From assembly GCA_001643675.2 (NCBI GenBank), contig LSRY02000011.1, positions 1,178,001 to 1,242,000 of the forward strand: a stretch of 64,000 nt of DNA. Reading direction: 5' to 3'. The stretch comes from Monocercomonoides exilis PA203. Its lineage: Eukaryota > Protista > Preaxostyla. Positions 50,917 through 64,000 of this stretch are shown here, one piece after another (positions within the stretch are counted from its first letter, which is position 1; each line of letters starts with the position of its first letter). The translations under genes and the position numbers were made by a program. The notes beneath the pieces were generated by a model, which worked only from the letters and a program-made list of their open reading frames with translations, was not told the origin of the DNA and made no database searches.

Positions 50917-52423
50917 TTAGAGACGAAGAATTTGGAGTAAATTGTCCATGGAGACAGACAGCCAAGAGGAGTGTTGTTGAGACCAGCTGACGCAGTTGAT
51001 AGGGCGGTGTGCATCATAAGACAAATACGGATCTGAATTAGAAATAAAGAGAAAAAAGTTGTTATTTATTGGGGCAGAAATATTTATGAATAAGAATTCA
51101 TATGCAATAAACTCAAATTTCAGTGAAAAAACAGAGCAGGTGAACATACCTTTGATCTCTCTTTGTTTTTCTTTCTCCTTTTTGTCTGGCCTGATGTCCC
51201 AAATAAACGTGTGTTGATCTTCGCTTCCTGTTGCAATGAAGTGTTGCGAAGAAGGCGACCAGTCCATCGATGTGGTGGCGTGTGCGTGCCCTTTCAGCTG
51301 CAGCAGAGGAAGAGAAGGTTGACTGAATTGCAAAATGCCAAGTGTTAGAAAAAGTTGTGTGATAAGTTATTTGGGTTAATTTTTTTTGGAGTTGAAAAAT
51401 GAATATAAATCAAAAATAATAATAAAATTCTCAAATGCAAACCGAATATCAAGAATAATAACAGTTGGATCGTCCATAATCAATGTTGCCAAGTAGTTTG
51501 GTTCAACATGACTCCACTTCACCCTCAAAAGAGGTGTGTACTTCGGTGATTCGTAGATGATAGTGGAGTGCTCAAGATTTCTGAAAAAAGAAAGATAAAA
51601 TTAAATATTTCATTTGCAGTATATTCAAATTAGAAAATATATATAATAAAAGCTTACTCTACCAACGAAAAAAGCAAACCTTAAATCAAACAGACGAACA
51701 GATCCATCAGCACCAACAGTTGTGAAGACATGCTGCCCTGTTGTAAATGCAATGTCAAACACTTCTTTGTCATGTGCAATAAGTTGAGCTGTTGCTCGTT
51801 CATTCTAGATATACAACATAAAGAAGATAAAATAAATAACAGGTCTTCAAACTTGTATATCCCAAATCGTGCATGTTGTGTCAACGCTTGATGTTCCAAT
51901 GATGTTTGGCTCAGTGAAGTTCCAATCAAATGAAGTGAGTGGGGCATGATAATCGCTTCCAAGAGTTTGCTAAGATATTATTAAATATTTTTATCATCAA
52001 CTTCATATCAAATCAAATTGAATAGATAAAGCATACGCTGTTCAAACACGACCTAAGTTCAATTCCATTACTTTTCATTTCATAGATACGAAGATAATCC
52101 CCAGTGCACGCAAAGAAATCCGGCTTATCAGAATTAGCATATGGCATCCACATAACTTTTGTTGGTGGAAACCCATGCTCGATTGAAGCAACGTGTTTTA
52201 ATGATCTTGACGCTTCATCAAGCTGGATTACAGATAGGGAATTAACAGCCTTTTCGCTAAACGTACTGAATACGAGGCGATATGGATATTCCTTTCTAGT
52301 ACTCCAATCTAATGAGAAAATCGGTAATTTCGCTTCATAAGTGTAAATTTGTTTATGTCCATGCTCTTCTGTTGCTTTTTGCTGTGTTGCTGCCTCTTCA
52401 GCTGGGCGCTCAATGTCCATCAT
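50917..52423 (-). CDS. DCAF7: DCAF7/WDR68 (AN11/TTG1-like) WD40 protein, multi-exon
   Basis: [51 protein letters not shown] and [12 protein letters not shown]|[10 protein letters not shown]. Confidence 0.93.
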
Positions 52424-52684
52424 ATTTTCTTTCGTAATAAAATTATTATAAAACACATTTAACCAGAAAAATAACAAAAAGCAAACACTAATTTGTTATT
52501 GAATGATATTAAAGGATTTGATCAAATGTGAAAAAATGATTTTTTCGAATTAAAATGAAGCCTAAACATTTGTATGAAATGTTTTCACAATTTTATTTAC
52601 ATAAATACGTGAGGTGATTTTTGAAACATTTGAAGTGAATAATTACAGATCAAAAAAAAAAGACAACGAGTTGATGGTGAGTTT

Positions 52685-55600
52685 TCAATCAAAACTTGAA
52701 GGATCAATTCCCTGCCTCTTCATCTCCTCTTTCATCTCTCCTCCGAAAAACTTTGATGCAATCACAGTCTCAGATAATCCCTAAGTTAATTAAAGCAAAA
52801 GAATAAATACATTTAAGAAAGAAAGAAAGAAAGAGAAAAGATAGCAAGAATATTCAGAAATCCAAATTGAAAAATTATAAATAATCCAAAATATAGTTCT
52901 AAAAAAAAAATAGTTTTTAAAATTAGAATTCAAACCTTTCTTCTCCTTGTCTTCAGCATCAGCTCTCTCGACAGTGCATCTGGTGGAGAGGGAGTGAATG
53001 GGATGATCGTCACCGTCTGATCCATCGGGTCACCCGGTGCAATGTCCCAGTGGTCAAACATCATCTGCACAAACGCCTGCCCTTGTGTATACGCCCTCAA
53101 ATCCGTCTCAAAGCCAAAGCTGTCCAGCGATGGCACAAAAGCCGTGATTGTCTGCAGCGGCGTCCCCGGCAGAGGGCCTTCCTCAATCACATGCCCCCTC
53201 CTCCTCCCCAACACCTTCATCGCTGCCTGCGCGCAATCTGCCGGGCACACAATGCAACACCGCAGCATCGGCTCCATCAGCCGCGGGCTCGCCAGCATCA
53301 GCGCCCCCTGGCACGCACACTGGATGGCTGCCATGATCTGCGTGGGCGCTCTGTCGCTGGATTTGGGTGAAATATTCGCTTGCACCAGGCGGAATGACAC
53401 ATTTCGCAGGGGCTCAGAGCAGAGCGGGCCGTCAGAGGCGACAAGGGAGAAGCCACTGACGATGGAGCGCCGGATGGAAGAGAGCGCTTTTGTGTAGTCG
53501 TCGTAGGTGCTGTAGTGGTGGATGGGGAGGGTGCTGGTGGAAGAAGAGGAGGAAGAAGAGGATGAAGGGGAAGTAGAGGAGGAAAGATTTGATGTGAGTG
53601 AAGAAGAAACAGAGGATGAAGTGAATGAAGAAGAAGAAGAAGATGATGATGATGAAGCAACAGAAGTAAGATAATAAGTGAGCGTATCATTAATAAACAG
53701 ATTCGGTGCAGACGCATCAATTCCAGATGACCACACACTTTGTGCCTTTCTTTTACCTTTGCCGTCTGCTTCCTCCTCCTCTTCTCCCATCTCAACAATC
53801 TTCCTCCCTTCATACTCCTGCTTAATCTCATTCTCCATCGCCTCTGCCACAACTGCAAAGGAGTTCCTTCCATTCCCTGTGACTGCCACACATGGCATCG
53901 TCGGCTCATCCCCCACCGTCTCACACAGCGGCACAAACGGATCAGATATTTTCACCTCTGCCTTCGCAAACACCTCCCTCAGATCATACATAGCACAGTC
54001 CAAGTACAACTCCCCCGTGCCTGTGAGTGTGATCTCCCCTGTCTCTGATAGCCCTGTCGTCGCCCTGCTCGGTACATGCACATCCAGCACAGGATACGTC
54101 TTCCCCAGACACCGCAGCCCTTCCACCAGACGCGGCGTGTCCTTCGGGTGGATCGCTTCCACTGCAATGCGAAGTGATGGCGTGGTGCTGAATTGCAGCT
54201 TTCGGAACACATTTGGCGCTGTCCGTAATTTTCCGTCGCGGAACAGCCGTTTGTATAGTTTGGAGAATGGAGAGTGCTCAGTTGATTCTGAAGTTGCTGC
54301 TGATTTGTCGTCTTCCACATCCATTCTAATCCCTTTCATATCGTCTGAGTCTTCGCTATCATTGTCGCTTTCATCTTCCTCTTCATCCTCTTCATCTACA
54401 ATCGCATTTGTAATTGTCGCCCTCTTCGATATCTCCTGATCCACCCCTTCCAGCATCACCCAGTTTCCCGGCCCCATCTCTTCCACCTCCACAAAATACC
54501 TCCCTTCCCCCACAATCACCCTCTCCACTGTGCATTCTCCTCTGTCTTCTTCATTTCGCTGTGGATGGAAGTCTTCCCTGAGAACAGCCACTCGCATCCC
54601 TTTCTTCACTGTCCCGCTGTGGATGCGCCCAAACGACCGAAAGCGCGTGATGGGGCCTTGCGCCACCAGACCACCTCCGACAGATGAGCTGCCAAACTCA
54701 GAGGAAGAAGAAGAAGAGGAGGAGGAGGAGGATAATGATGATGACAAGCTTTGCTCAGCACTCTCTTTCTCTCTCTGCAGCTGCTGTGCGTGTGCCACAA
54801 GCGGATCGAGGGTGATAGGGTACATCTTGACAATGTCTATCATCAATGGGCCTTTTGGATCCATCGCTTTCATTGCAGCGGCAAAGGGATCGCTGAATGA
54901 GCCTGAATATATTGACTTGATCCGGCTCAGTGGATAAGGAAGATTTTGTGAAGGAGAAGGTGAAGAAGAAGAAGATGATGATGAAATTGAAAGACCAGAT
55001 AACTCATTAGACAAAGCAGGAGAAGCAGAAGATGAATGTGATGAAGTGTCAGATAAATAATGATTTTTCAGTTTATTTCCTGAAACAACCAGAGGATTTG
55101 GTGGCTGCACATGCTGCACAATGGAATCCACAAGTGAAGAAGGATCCCCAAAGAGCCTGGAGAACACCGCTGGCAGAAGCTCGTGTGGCGTCGCGGCTAA
55201 AATCTGGTCAGACATTTTGCCCTTTGCAAAATGGGTGGTTGCTATTGAAGGATCAATGTGTGAAGCGATGTCTTCTTCTTCTTCTTCATTCATTTTCCCT
55301 CCGTTTATTTTCCCTTTCTTCGAGTTTTCTTTGTTCAGGTTGATGTGCAATGGAGCAAGCACATTCTTCTTGATGTCTTCCCCGGACTCCGCAAGCAGCT
55401 GCCCCGTGATTTTGTAGATTGGGTTCAGCACAAACTCGCAAAAAGTCCTTTGAATAGAACGACCTTGCAATGATTTCTTACTCCTCGCAAACCGATTCGC
55501 TGCTCTGTCGTAAAACCAGTCGCCCCACAGATGCCTCGCAAACGCCGCAGGATCTACAGACAGCTGGCGCACTTTGCAGTGCACAGCAGCAAAGGACTGC

Positions 55601-56779
55601 AGGCTGAAAAGATACCCGTGTCGTGTGGAGGCAAATAAAACATTGCCCAGCACAGGCGAAAGAACAGGGCGAGGCGGCTCTTCAGGATTGGCTAAGGATT
55701 CTTTCAGTTCCTTTTCTGGTTGTTGTGATGATCTTTCGGTTGATAAGTGAAGTGCTTGTTTGTGTATCATGCTGTTTATCTGCTGGATGACATACCTAAT
55801 CTTTGCATAGGCATCGTTTGGTGGAAGCTTCAATTCCACTATCAGTCGATCCATTTTTGACAGCACAAGAATTATGTTCAAGCCATTTTGAAGAGCATCT
55901 CTTATGATCATTTCAATCTGCATCGGAAATACAATTCCCTCTGCCACATCAACCACAAGAATCACTCCATCACTCACTCTAATGGCAGCTGTTGTCTCGT
56001 CATAAAAGTTTGTGTGGCCAGGAGTATCCATTATGTGAAGAAGATATGACTTCATTTGCCCATTTTGGACAACTAAAGAAAGGGGACAACTTTTAACAGA
56101 AACTTTTCGTTCATGTTCATCTTTTCGCACTGCAGTGAATTGGGGCTGTTCCATATTTTCAGAATTGTTTTTAATAAAATTATTTTTTGATTATTGTAAC
56201 AAGATTAACAACATATGAAAGATATAACGCAACAGAAATGCTAATAAACCTTCATTTGCTCTGCGTGCGTAACTTTCATAAAAAGATCCATCAACGAAGT
56301 TTTTCCTGAGTGAAGCGGTCCAACAACGCAAACATTTCTAATCATTTCAGGCATTGTCGATAATTCCGCAAGAAATTTCATGCTAAATCTCGTTTCAGGA
56401 TATTTGCTAGTATCTGTAATGACTAAATCAAAACGTTTAGTATCAACAGGTTTAACAATAGGCTCTTCAATTGGTTGTGCATCTTCATCTTGCACAAGAA
56501 CCTCTGCACCTGGGTAAATTGACTCTGTAGTTGGAAAGCGAGATTTCTCAACAATTGCTATATAATGTCATCGAGATTTTAAAATGGCAATTTTTATATT
56601 GAGACAAAAAATATTTAAATTAATAAACCAGTTTCATGTGAAATGGTCTCTTCTTCAACACTCAATTTATCTTCTTGTTCACTTGGCTCTTGCTCAGATT
56701 CACTTACACTTTCTTCACTGTCGCTAAAATCATCGCCTCCAGCGAGTAAATTGCCAAATTCATCAAACGTGGCGTCCAT
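52685..56779 (-). CDS. EFTUD2: U5 snRNP GTPase Snu114 (116-kDa; EF-2-like), 4 exons
   Basis: FDEFGN acidic start, VQDEDAQPIEEPIVKP, GPLHSGKT, DTPGHTNF, RLIVELKLPPNDAY, GTGELYLDC, GPLCSEP, SFGFETDLR and KTRRRK|GL. Confidence 0.95.
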
Positions 56780-57152
56780 TTCACTTATTAAGGTAATCTA
56801 ATGATCAATCTATTGAAGCTTGTCTTTTTGTTTAATGACAAATAAATGATAATCGAAAACATGGTTTATATTTTTCGAATGCTTGTTGAGAAGTCAAGAC
56901 AGTTATTATTATTTATTTTTCTGTTCAATAATTTTCTACATACACAAAATAGTAATCAATTTAAAAGTTTCCATCTTTCTTCTGTGTTGATTTTGTTAGT
57001 CTTTTTTAAAGTTCCTTGACATATTAATTATATTTTGTCAATTATTATATGATTTTTTCAAAAATTTGTCCAGTTTGAAAAAAGTTTTCTCAAAATTTTT
57101 TTGTTATTTATCATCATCGATCGGTTTATTTTGTTTTATTCTTGCTGTTTGC

Positions 57153-60100
57153 ATGGATGGTGGATATGCAATAGTTCATGATGGGCTGAAAGCAGCAAGA
57201 AGGTTTCGAATCGAAGATTTTGCAATTCATGAATGCATCGGAGACGGCTCTTTTTCTCAAGTTTGATTATTGTGTTTTTTCAAAATTCTTTGATTTCCTT
57301 TCTCGTTTAACATTCAAATTCACTTTCTATTGAAGGTTTTCAAAGCCACTTATAAGGCTGACGATTCTATTGTTGCTCTTAAAAAACTATCCAAAATTAA
57401 TCTAATTAAACACAAAATGGAACATACAGTTTATATGGAACGAGATATAATGATGAAATATAAACATCCATTTATCATGAACTTATACGGAAATTTTCAG
57501 GATGAGGAGTCCCTCTGTATGCAAAATTTGTTGATATTTATTCAAATATGTCATTGATGTTTTTTGTGACAAATTTCAAATATTTCAGATTTTATTATTG
57601 AACTTTGCCTCGTTGACTTATCGAAATTTATTCAAAAGCCTTTACATATTGAGTATGTTCGATTTTATGCAGCTGAAATTGTAGAAGCTGTTGCTCATCT
57701 TCATTCAAAAGGGTTTGCAATTTATATTTGTAAGTAATTTTTATGTGAATTTTTTATGCGTAGGGTAATTCATCGCGATCTGAAGCCCGAAAACATATTT
57801 ATTGGAGCAAATGGACATATCAGAATTGGAGATTTCGGTTTTTACAGAATTAATTAATCATGGATTACTTAACCTTTTTGATTTGTCTTTAGGCTCTGCA
57901 ACTTGGAAAGCATCTGGAGACAGTAGCGCCGCAAAGTCGAGCAGGCGATTTGTTGGTACTCCACTTTACATCGCACCAGAAATCATTAGAAATGAACAGG
58001 CAACAGAACAGTATTTATCTTTATTCTTGTGTAAAAAAAAACTGTTTTTCAAACTTTTGGATTCCTATTTTTTTTATTTTTTGAATCTTCATATTTTTTC
58101 ACCCACACTATTTGAACAGATCCGATTGGTGGGCTGTGGGTCTGGTCATCTTCTTTCTGCTCACTGGCAGGCCGCTTTTCACGGGTCAGACGCAATTCCT
58201 CCTGTTCCAGCACATTGTGAAGGCCGAGTACACATTTCCCCCTGGCTTTGACGAGACTGCAAAGGACCTGCTGTCCAAGCTGATTGTGCTGAACCAGGCA
58301 GAGCGGCTGAACGACGGGACCATCATGCGCCACCCCTTCTTCGCTGGGCTGCAGTGGGGTGCTCTTCATCTCACCACTCCTCCCCTCAAAGGCGCGGCAT
58401 CAGCCATTGCCCACCCCTCCGCGCTCCACCAGACACGCAACGTGCCTCAGACTGCAACACACTCACAGCAGCGCACTCTACACGGGGCAGCAGACAGTCG
58501 ATCCTCCTGGAGACAAGGCGCCGAGCAGAAGGAGTATCCCCCGCACCAGCCGATGGGCAGAGAGCAGCCAACCAACAGAGCATCCTCAGATGTCCTTGCT
58601 GCCAGCTCCCCACCGCCAGCGTCTGGCACCCCCACCCCGTCGGAGAAGCGCGACCCGCTTTCGTACAAGTCCAACTCCAACACAGCATCACAACCATTTG
58701 GAGAGGACGAGCAAGGAGCAGCTGGCTCTGCGTCTTCGTCAGCAAATGCCTTTTCTTCCCAGCGCAATCTGGATGGACAGCAGGATCCATCGCCAGCACC
58801 AGAGCCTGCTTCAAGCTCGGCATTCGACACAAGTGGAGGAGAAAAAAGCAGCAGCAAATGGGGCGACCGCCGGCAGCTGCGCTCGTCTGTGCGGCGGCGG
58901 ATCATTTCAGAAGGCTTCTTCCCACAAATCCCGCGGAAGCACCAGGCAGCGTCAGAGGCGCGCTCGCCTTATGCGTCTCCGAACTCGCCTCCGTCTGCTG
59001 CGCTGTCTGCGAATATCCCGCGGGCAGTAAGCACCAGCGGCTCCTCTCCGCTGGACGGGAAGCCGCTGCAGTCGATTGCCGAAGTCATCCAAGGCGGTTC
59101 TGTCGTGCCCACAGCACGCTCAATGATCCTCCCGAATGTGCGCGATGCTCCCAGTGAAGAGCCTGCCTGTGACACACGCTCAGCTGCTGAGTCTGCCAGC
59201 AGTGCTGTGGAGTTTGGCGAGCAGCCGTTCGAGGCAGACAGCAAGGCCTCTCCGCAGACCATCCACCTCAACCCACAGACACAAGTCTCTTTCCACCAGT
59301 CCATTGCAAAAGCACACGCAGTTGCCACTCACCCGCACAGCAACCTGTCAGCATCGAGCCCTGGCCCTTCAATCAACCAGATCTCAACTGAGTCTTCTTC
59401 TTCTCTGCCTGCCACAGGCGCCACGCCAAACAACATCGGCATTGCTCCTTCCTCTTCTCCAATTGCTTCTTCTTCTTCCTCTTCCTCCTCCCCCTCTTCT
59501 GTCCAGTCAAACGGAATCACAGTTCCCCCGCTGTGGTCGAAGTCGATGCAGATCCCAGCCACAGATGCAGGCAGCCATTTATCAACCACTTCCCATTCAG
59601 CAAATCTCTCCCAGCCGCTCCCCGCTGCCTCCAACCACCCGCTCATCCCTGCCCTTCAATTTGACACGCTTCCACAGACTGCTCCTGACGAGCCTGTTCT
59701 TCCTTCGCTGCTCCCTTCGCCTTCGCTGAAGCTCCTTCCGCAGATCAGCAAGCCGCGCAAAGTGCACCAGATGCACCCGCCGCACGGGCCGAAGCATCTT
59801 CTGGGGGAATCTGAAGAGACGAGCTTGAGCCACAGTCTCAGCGACGATGAGAAAAAGCAGTCAGATCAGAAGGAAAAGAACGGGCAGCTGCCTCCCCGCG
59901 GAGGCAGTGGAGAGAGCAAGGGGAGGAGAGAAGGGAGAGAAGGGAAAGAGAGGGGAGATAGCGAAGATCTGAAAAAGATAGCAAGTGCAGATATCACAAA
60001 GCTTGATGAAAGCGAGGAGCTGAACACGGAGCGTTTCACTGTGAGCAAAGCATCCGGCGAAGAAGAAGACGGGGTGCTGTCTGCCGTGTCTGAAGAAACA

Positions 60101-61477
60101 CTCACTGAAGAACTTGTTTCGACCCCTGTGACGAACGGGCAGCAAGGTGTGTCTTCGCCTGGCGAGCACACTGCTGAAGAGCTCCGTCCGCACCCTTCGC
60201 CTTTCTCCCCTCGTCACCCGAATGGTCCACAGCACCCGGCAGAGCACAGCAAGTCACTGGGAGATTTGGATACACGAAGGCTGCAGGCAGTCGAGAGAAA
60301 CTTCAAAGAGAGAGAGCTGTCTGTAGATGAGGCGGAGCTCCTGCGCCGCTCGTCGCCAACGCGCCATTCGCCGCGGATGATCCAGCCGTCGTCGGAATTC
60401 TCTGGCGATGCAGGAGACGAAAGGGGAGATAAACGAGAAGCAGAAGTTGAAGCTGAAGCAGACGCAAATACAGAGGCAGAGGCGGAAGCAGAAGCGCCTC
60501 AGTCGCAGTCGTCGCGGAATGAGAGGCGGAGAGGCCACGAGCATCTGTCGGAGGAGCGGAGTCGGTACGAAGGAAGGAGGAGCAGCGAAAGCAACCATTC
60601 GAACGGGCAGTCTGACTCGACGTCTGCGGAGCCTGTGGACACTGAAGACGACACAGAGACGGTGACTCTCACAGAGGAAGACCGCGACACACTCAGCGCA
60701 TCAAAGAAGTATGTGAGCAACTCGCCGCGTGTCTCGAGCAACGAAGCAGGCGATACGAGCGACACCTCCTCTGCCACCACACAAGTGGCTGACCCGTCGC
60801 TCATTGCGCGCTCGCTCCCGCCTTCCACTTCGCCATCGCCTGTGTCAGAGAGGAACCAGAATTCACAGACACACAACGCTTATCCGTCCACACTGCAGGC
60901 GCTGCCGGCGGGGCTGCTGCCTGTTTCGGGGGCATTTATGCCATACACACACGGAGCGCCTGGAAGCGGGCAATCGCATTCAAGCACAGAAGAAGGAGAA
61001 GAGGGAAGCAAGAAGGCAGGAGAAGGAAACGGCGACTCGATGCTGAAGAGCGGAGAAGACCTGACAGCCAGCGGGCGGATGGAAGGGGAAGACGGGGCTG
61101 ATGGTGCTGAGAGCAAAGAGAGCGGGGAGATCGGAGACGACGAGGATTCGGAATCGACATTGTCGAAATCTGCGTTTTCGATCGACTCGGCGTGGCTTCC
61201 GGCGCTTGTCACACCACTTTCACAGCAGACGTCTTCAGCACAGAACAAACCACGCAGTCCATTTCATTTGGCGATTGACGCGTCGCCGCAGCAGATGACG
61301 AAGGAGCGGATGAAGGAGCAGCAGAGGAAGCTGAAGAGGCAGAGGAAGCGAATGGAGCAGGTGCAGCGGATTGTCAATGTTGCTCTTCATGTTCCAGACG
61401 ATGAGCTGGTGCAGAGGATTAATCAGATCCTTTTTCCGTCTTTCTCGTCAAATGAGCAGATGATTTCATCGATTTGA
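57153..61477 (+). CDS. PDPK1: PDK1-like AGC Ser/Thr kinase with a ~1000-aa disordered tail (about 6 exons)
   Basis: [53 protein letters not shown]|[13 protein letters not shown] and HPFFAGLQW. Subfamily call is by motif only; the 3' end may be further spliced. Confidence 0.7.
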
Positions 61478-62557
61478 AAAATAGACATGTCAACAATGTT
61501 TCATCTATTCTATTTTTTCGCTCACTACATCATGCTTTGCACTTCACAGATTCATTTCTCATTTTTCACTTCAACTTACACTTTTTTTTTTTTTTTTTAA
61601 TTTTCAAAAAAACTTACAAGTCATTTATGTTTGCTTTAAAGTCTTCAATAACCCTCGATTGCAAAGTCATAAAGAAATTTACATAATGGAATCATTTTTA
61701 TGTTCATTAAATTTTCATAATTATCTTCCTTTTTAACAAATTACAAATAATCTCGATCGTTTTTAGAAATTCGCTGACAAATTATACATTATGTAAGCTA
61801 AAAAGACAGATAATCCACGACCATTTCATCCAACACAATATCTTTCATTTTCATCATTCAACTCTCATCTCAAATATTCTGAAACAATTACAACAATTCA
61901 ATATTTGGTCAGATCGGTGCTTCCTCAACATCTTTTTTGACTTTCGTTCAGCTTTCATCCTGCTTACAAAAAACTGTGATAAATTTTATATCAATAAAAA
62001 TCAAAATATTGCGTTGTTGATATTCAATTCATTATAATGTAATATTGACAAAATGCTTCATGAACAATTTATTCTTTGATTAAACTGAATAATTTTTAAT
62101 GAGCAAAAATCAACAAAGACCATTTCAAATATAATTAATGCGAACATTGTGCAATCAAATGAAGATAATTTGCATTTTCTTTTTATTAATTCGTATTTAT
62201 CTTCATTGATCAATTCTTTTTTCGATAAATGTTATATTTTTCAAATTGAAAACTCTTTTTCACAACTTTTCACTCAAATGCATATTATCCATAGAGAATT
62301 TATACCAACATGTGCAGCTTATGCGAAAATTGGAACCAGATATGCAAAAATAATCAAATCTTTCATTTTCAATTTCAGAATAAACCACAAGAAATTGAAC
62401 AAACTATCTTTTGAAGTGATATTATTCGAGAAGAAAATAATCATTTAATACATTTTGTCTTCTGAAGTTTAAAAAGAACAACTGAAACATGAAAAAATCG
62501 AATCATATCCTATGAATCAAAGTTGACTTTAAAATGTGGAAATAATCAAAAATTAAA

Positions 62558-62631
62558 CGAGCTAGGCAGGACTTGAACCTGCAACCTCCTGATCCGTAGT
62601 CAGGTGCTCTATCCAATTGAGCCACTAGCCC
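62558..62631 (-). tRNA. tRNA-Arg(ACG), intronless
   Basis: GGGCTAGTGGCTCAATTGGATAGAGCACCTGACT-ACG-GATCAGGAGGTTGCAGGTTCAAGTCCTGCCTAGCTCG folds as a cloverleaf, has A and B boxes, and is followed by a T-run. Confidence 0.97.
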
Positions 62632-63071
62632 TTGTGATGAAAAGGTATTTTGGTTATATGTTTAAAAATTAATATTTTAATTCAAAATTGAATACATTAT
62701 ATGTCTTTTATTCATTTCAATCTTTTTTTTGTATTTGATTTTGCTTATTTTTTCAGAGTTTTAATAAATAATATTCAGTTGAAACTATCTTTGTGAGTTA
62801 TTCAAACTGGTAATTATATCAGTTAGTGCAGTTAGACACGTCAATTACGTGGTATTTTGGTGCTGTCTGTCAGTTTTTTATGTTGATCTGTCGAAAATTT
62901 ACGTTGATAAAACATTAAATGATATTTTTTCACACAAACGTTAATATCATCGATGCTTAACCTGCACCCTTGTGCAAAAACCGCTCTTTTGCAACAAAGT
63001 TTAATACACATATTTTTGAGATATTTTCCATTGATTTCTTTATGTTCGTTTCAAAAGAATGAAAAGAATAT

Positions 63072-63291
63072 GGCTAATTTTTTTGTAAACTTCCTTTTGA
63101 TCAAATATCATATTTTGATCAAATTTCTGTTCCCATTCATGAAATTTCTATGTCATGAAAACAAAATATTGACATTGGTATTATTTCCCTTTCAGAAAAG
63201 TTACGAAAGTGTGAACAGAAAATTGATGAAAATATGAAATTTTTGTTTAATTAGAAAATTAAACAAAAGGAAGCTTTCAAAAAAATTAGCC
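63072..63291. mobile_element. MITE family B (220 bp), long imperfect inverted arms, TSD ATAT
   Basis: ATAT|GGCTAATTTTTTTGTAAACTTCCTTTTG ... CAAAAGGAAGCTTTCAAAAAAATTAGCC|ATAT, plus an inner inverted pair (CATATTTTGATCAAATTTCTGTTC / GAACAGAAAATTGATGAAAATATG). Confidence 0.8.
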
Positions 63292-63415
63292 ATATATGAA
63301 TGAAATGAAATGACTGTACAAAAAATGCTCTGCCAAAGTTAATATATTGTTAAATATTCATCTTCAAATTAACTTAAAACAGTGTATTTTCCATTGTTGC
63401 AAGGACTTAGGATAG

Positions 63416-63612
<197 letters not shown>

Positions 63613-64000
63613 CGACGTGACTATGAAGAATTAAACTTTTATCGACATTCAATTTCTTTTTAACAAAAAGCTGGCAAAACTGCTCTTTGAATTTGTTTTT
63701 CCTTTTGATATTTTCTTCTTTCATCAGAGTCATTTTCTCCATTCGTATCATCGTTGTTTATTTTGTCGATTATCTTTTTCTTTTTCTGATTTATTTCTCT
63801 TTTATCTTCATCTGAAGAAGAGCTTGTCAAAATAATGTTGAATTCTTCAATAGAATGCTTGGTTTTGAGAGTTGAAAAAGTCGAAGAAGCTTTTGATTTT
63901 TCGGCATAAGTGTAACAAAATACCTCCTCCAATTTCATGATTTCATTTATGATAATAAGTGGGAATGAATAACATAAAAAAACAACACTTTTGGGTGGAG

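Noticed and set aside
62826-62968. Weak inverted similarity (GTGCAGTTAG.../...CTTAACCTGCAC)
   Set aside because: Too short and gapped to support as a TIR or structured RNA.
63660-63938. 92-aa minus-strand ORF at the window edge
   Set aside because: No recognisable domain; may be a degraded or partial gene but cannot be supported.

Overview
Eukaryotic genomic DNA: AT-rich intergenic tracts, short GT-AG spliceosomal introns and the standard genetic code (conserved genes end in TAA or TGA). Gene style and a giant beta-helix/TM/kinase-like protein suggest an oxymonad such as Monocercomonoides (inference). Thirteen protein genes are recognisable: SCAR/WAVE, dynein light chain LC8, a ZSWIM2-like E3 ligase, a 2.7-kaa receptor pseudokinase, CK2 beta, eL42/RPL36A, eIF2B epsilon, mucolipin/TRPML, EMG1, importin-7/8, kinesin-8, DCAF7 and Snu114. 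There is also a PDK1-like kinase and a tRNA-Arg(ACG). Two gene-poor islands (about 20-27.4 kb and 37-40.4 kb) are filled with DNA-transposon material. The most striking structures are: (1) a ~255-bp MITE family with GGG...CCC ends and 4-bp AWWT target duplications (Sola1-like), with 4 copies plus a related element; (2) a 2.8-kb TIR element carrying an intron-containing pogo-like DDE transposase, bracketed by two oppositely oriented copies of that MITE, one inserted at the transposase start codon; (3) two further foldback/hairpin elements. Exon boundaries were read by eye and no database searches were run.
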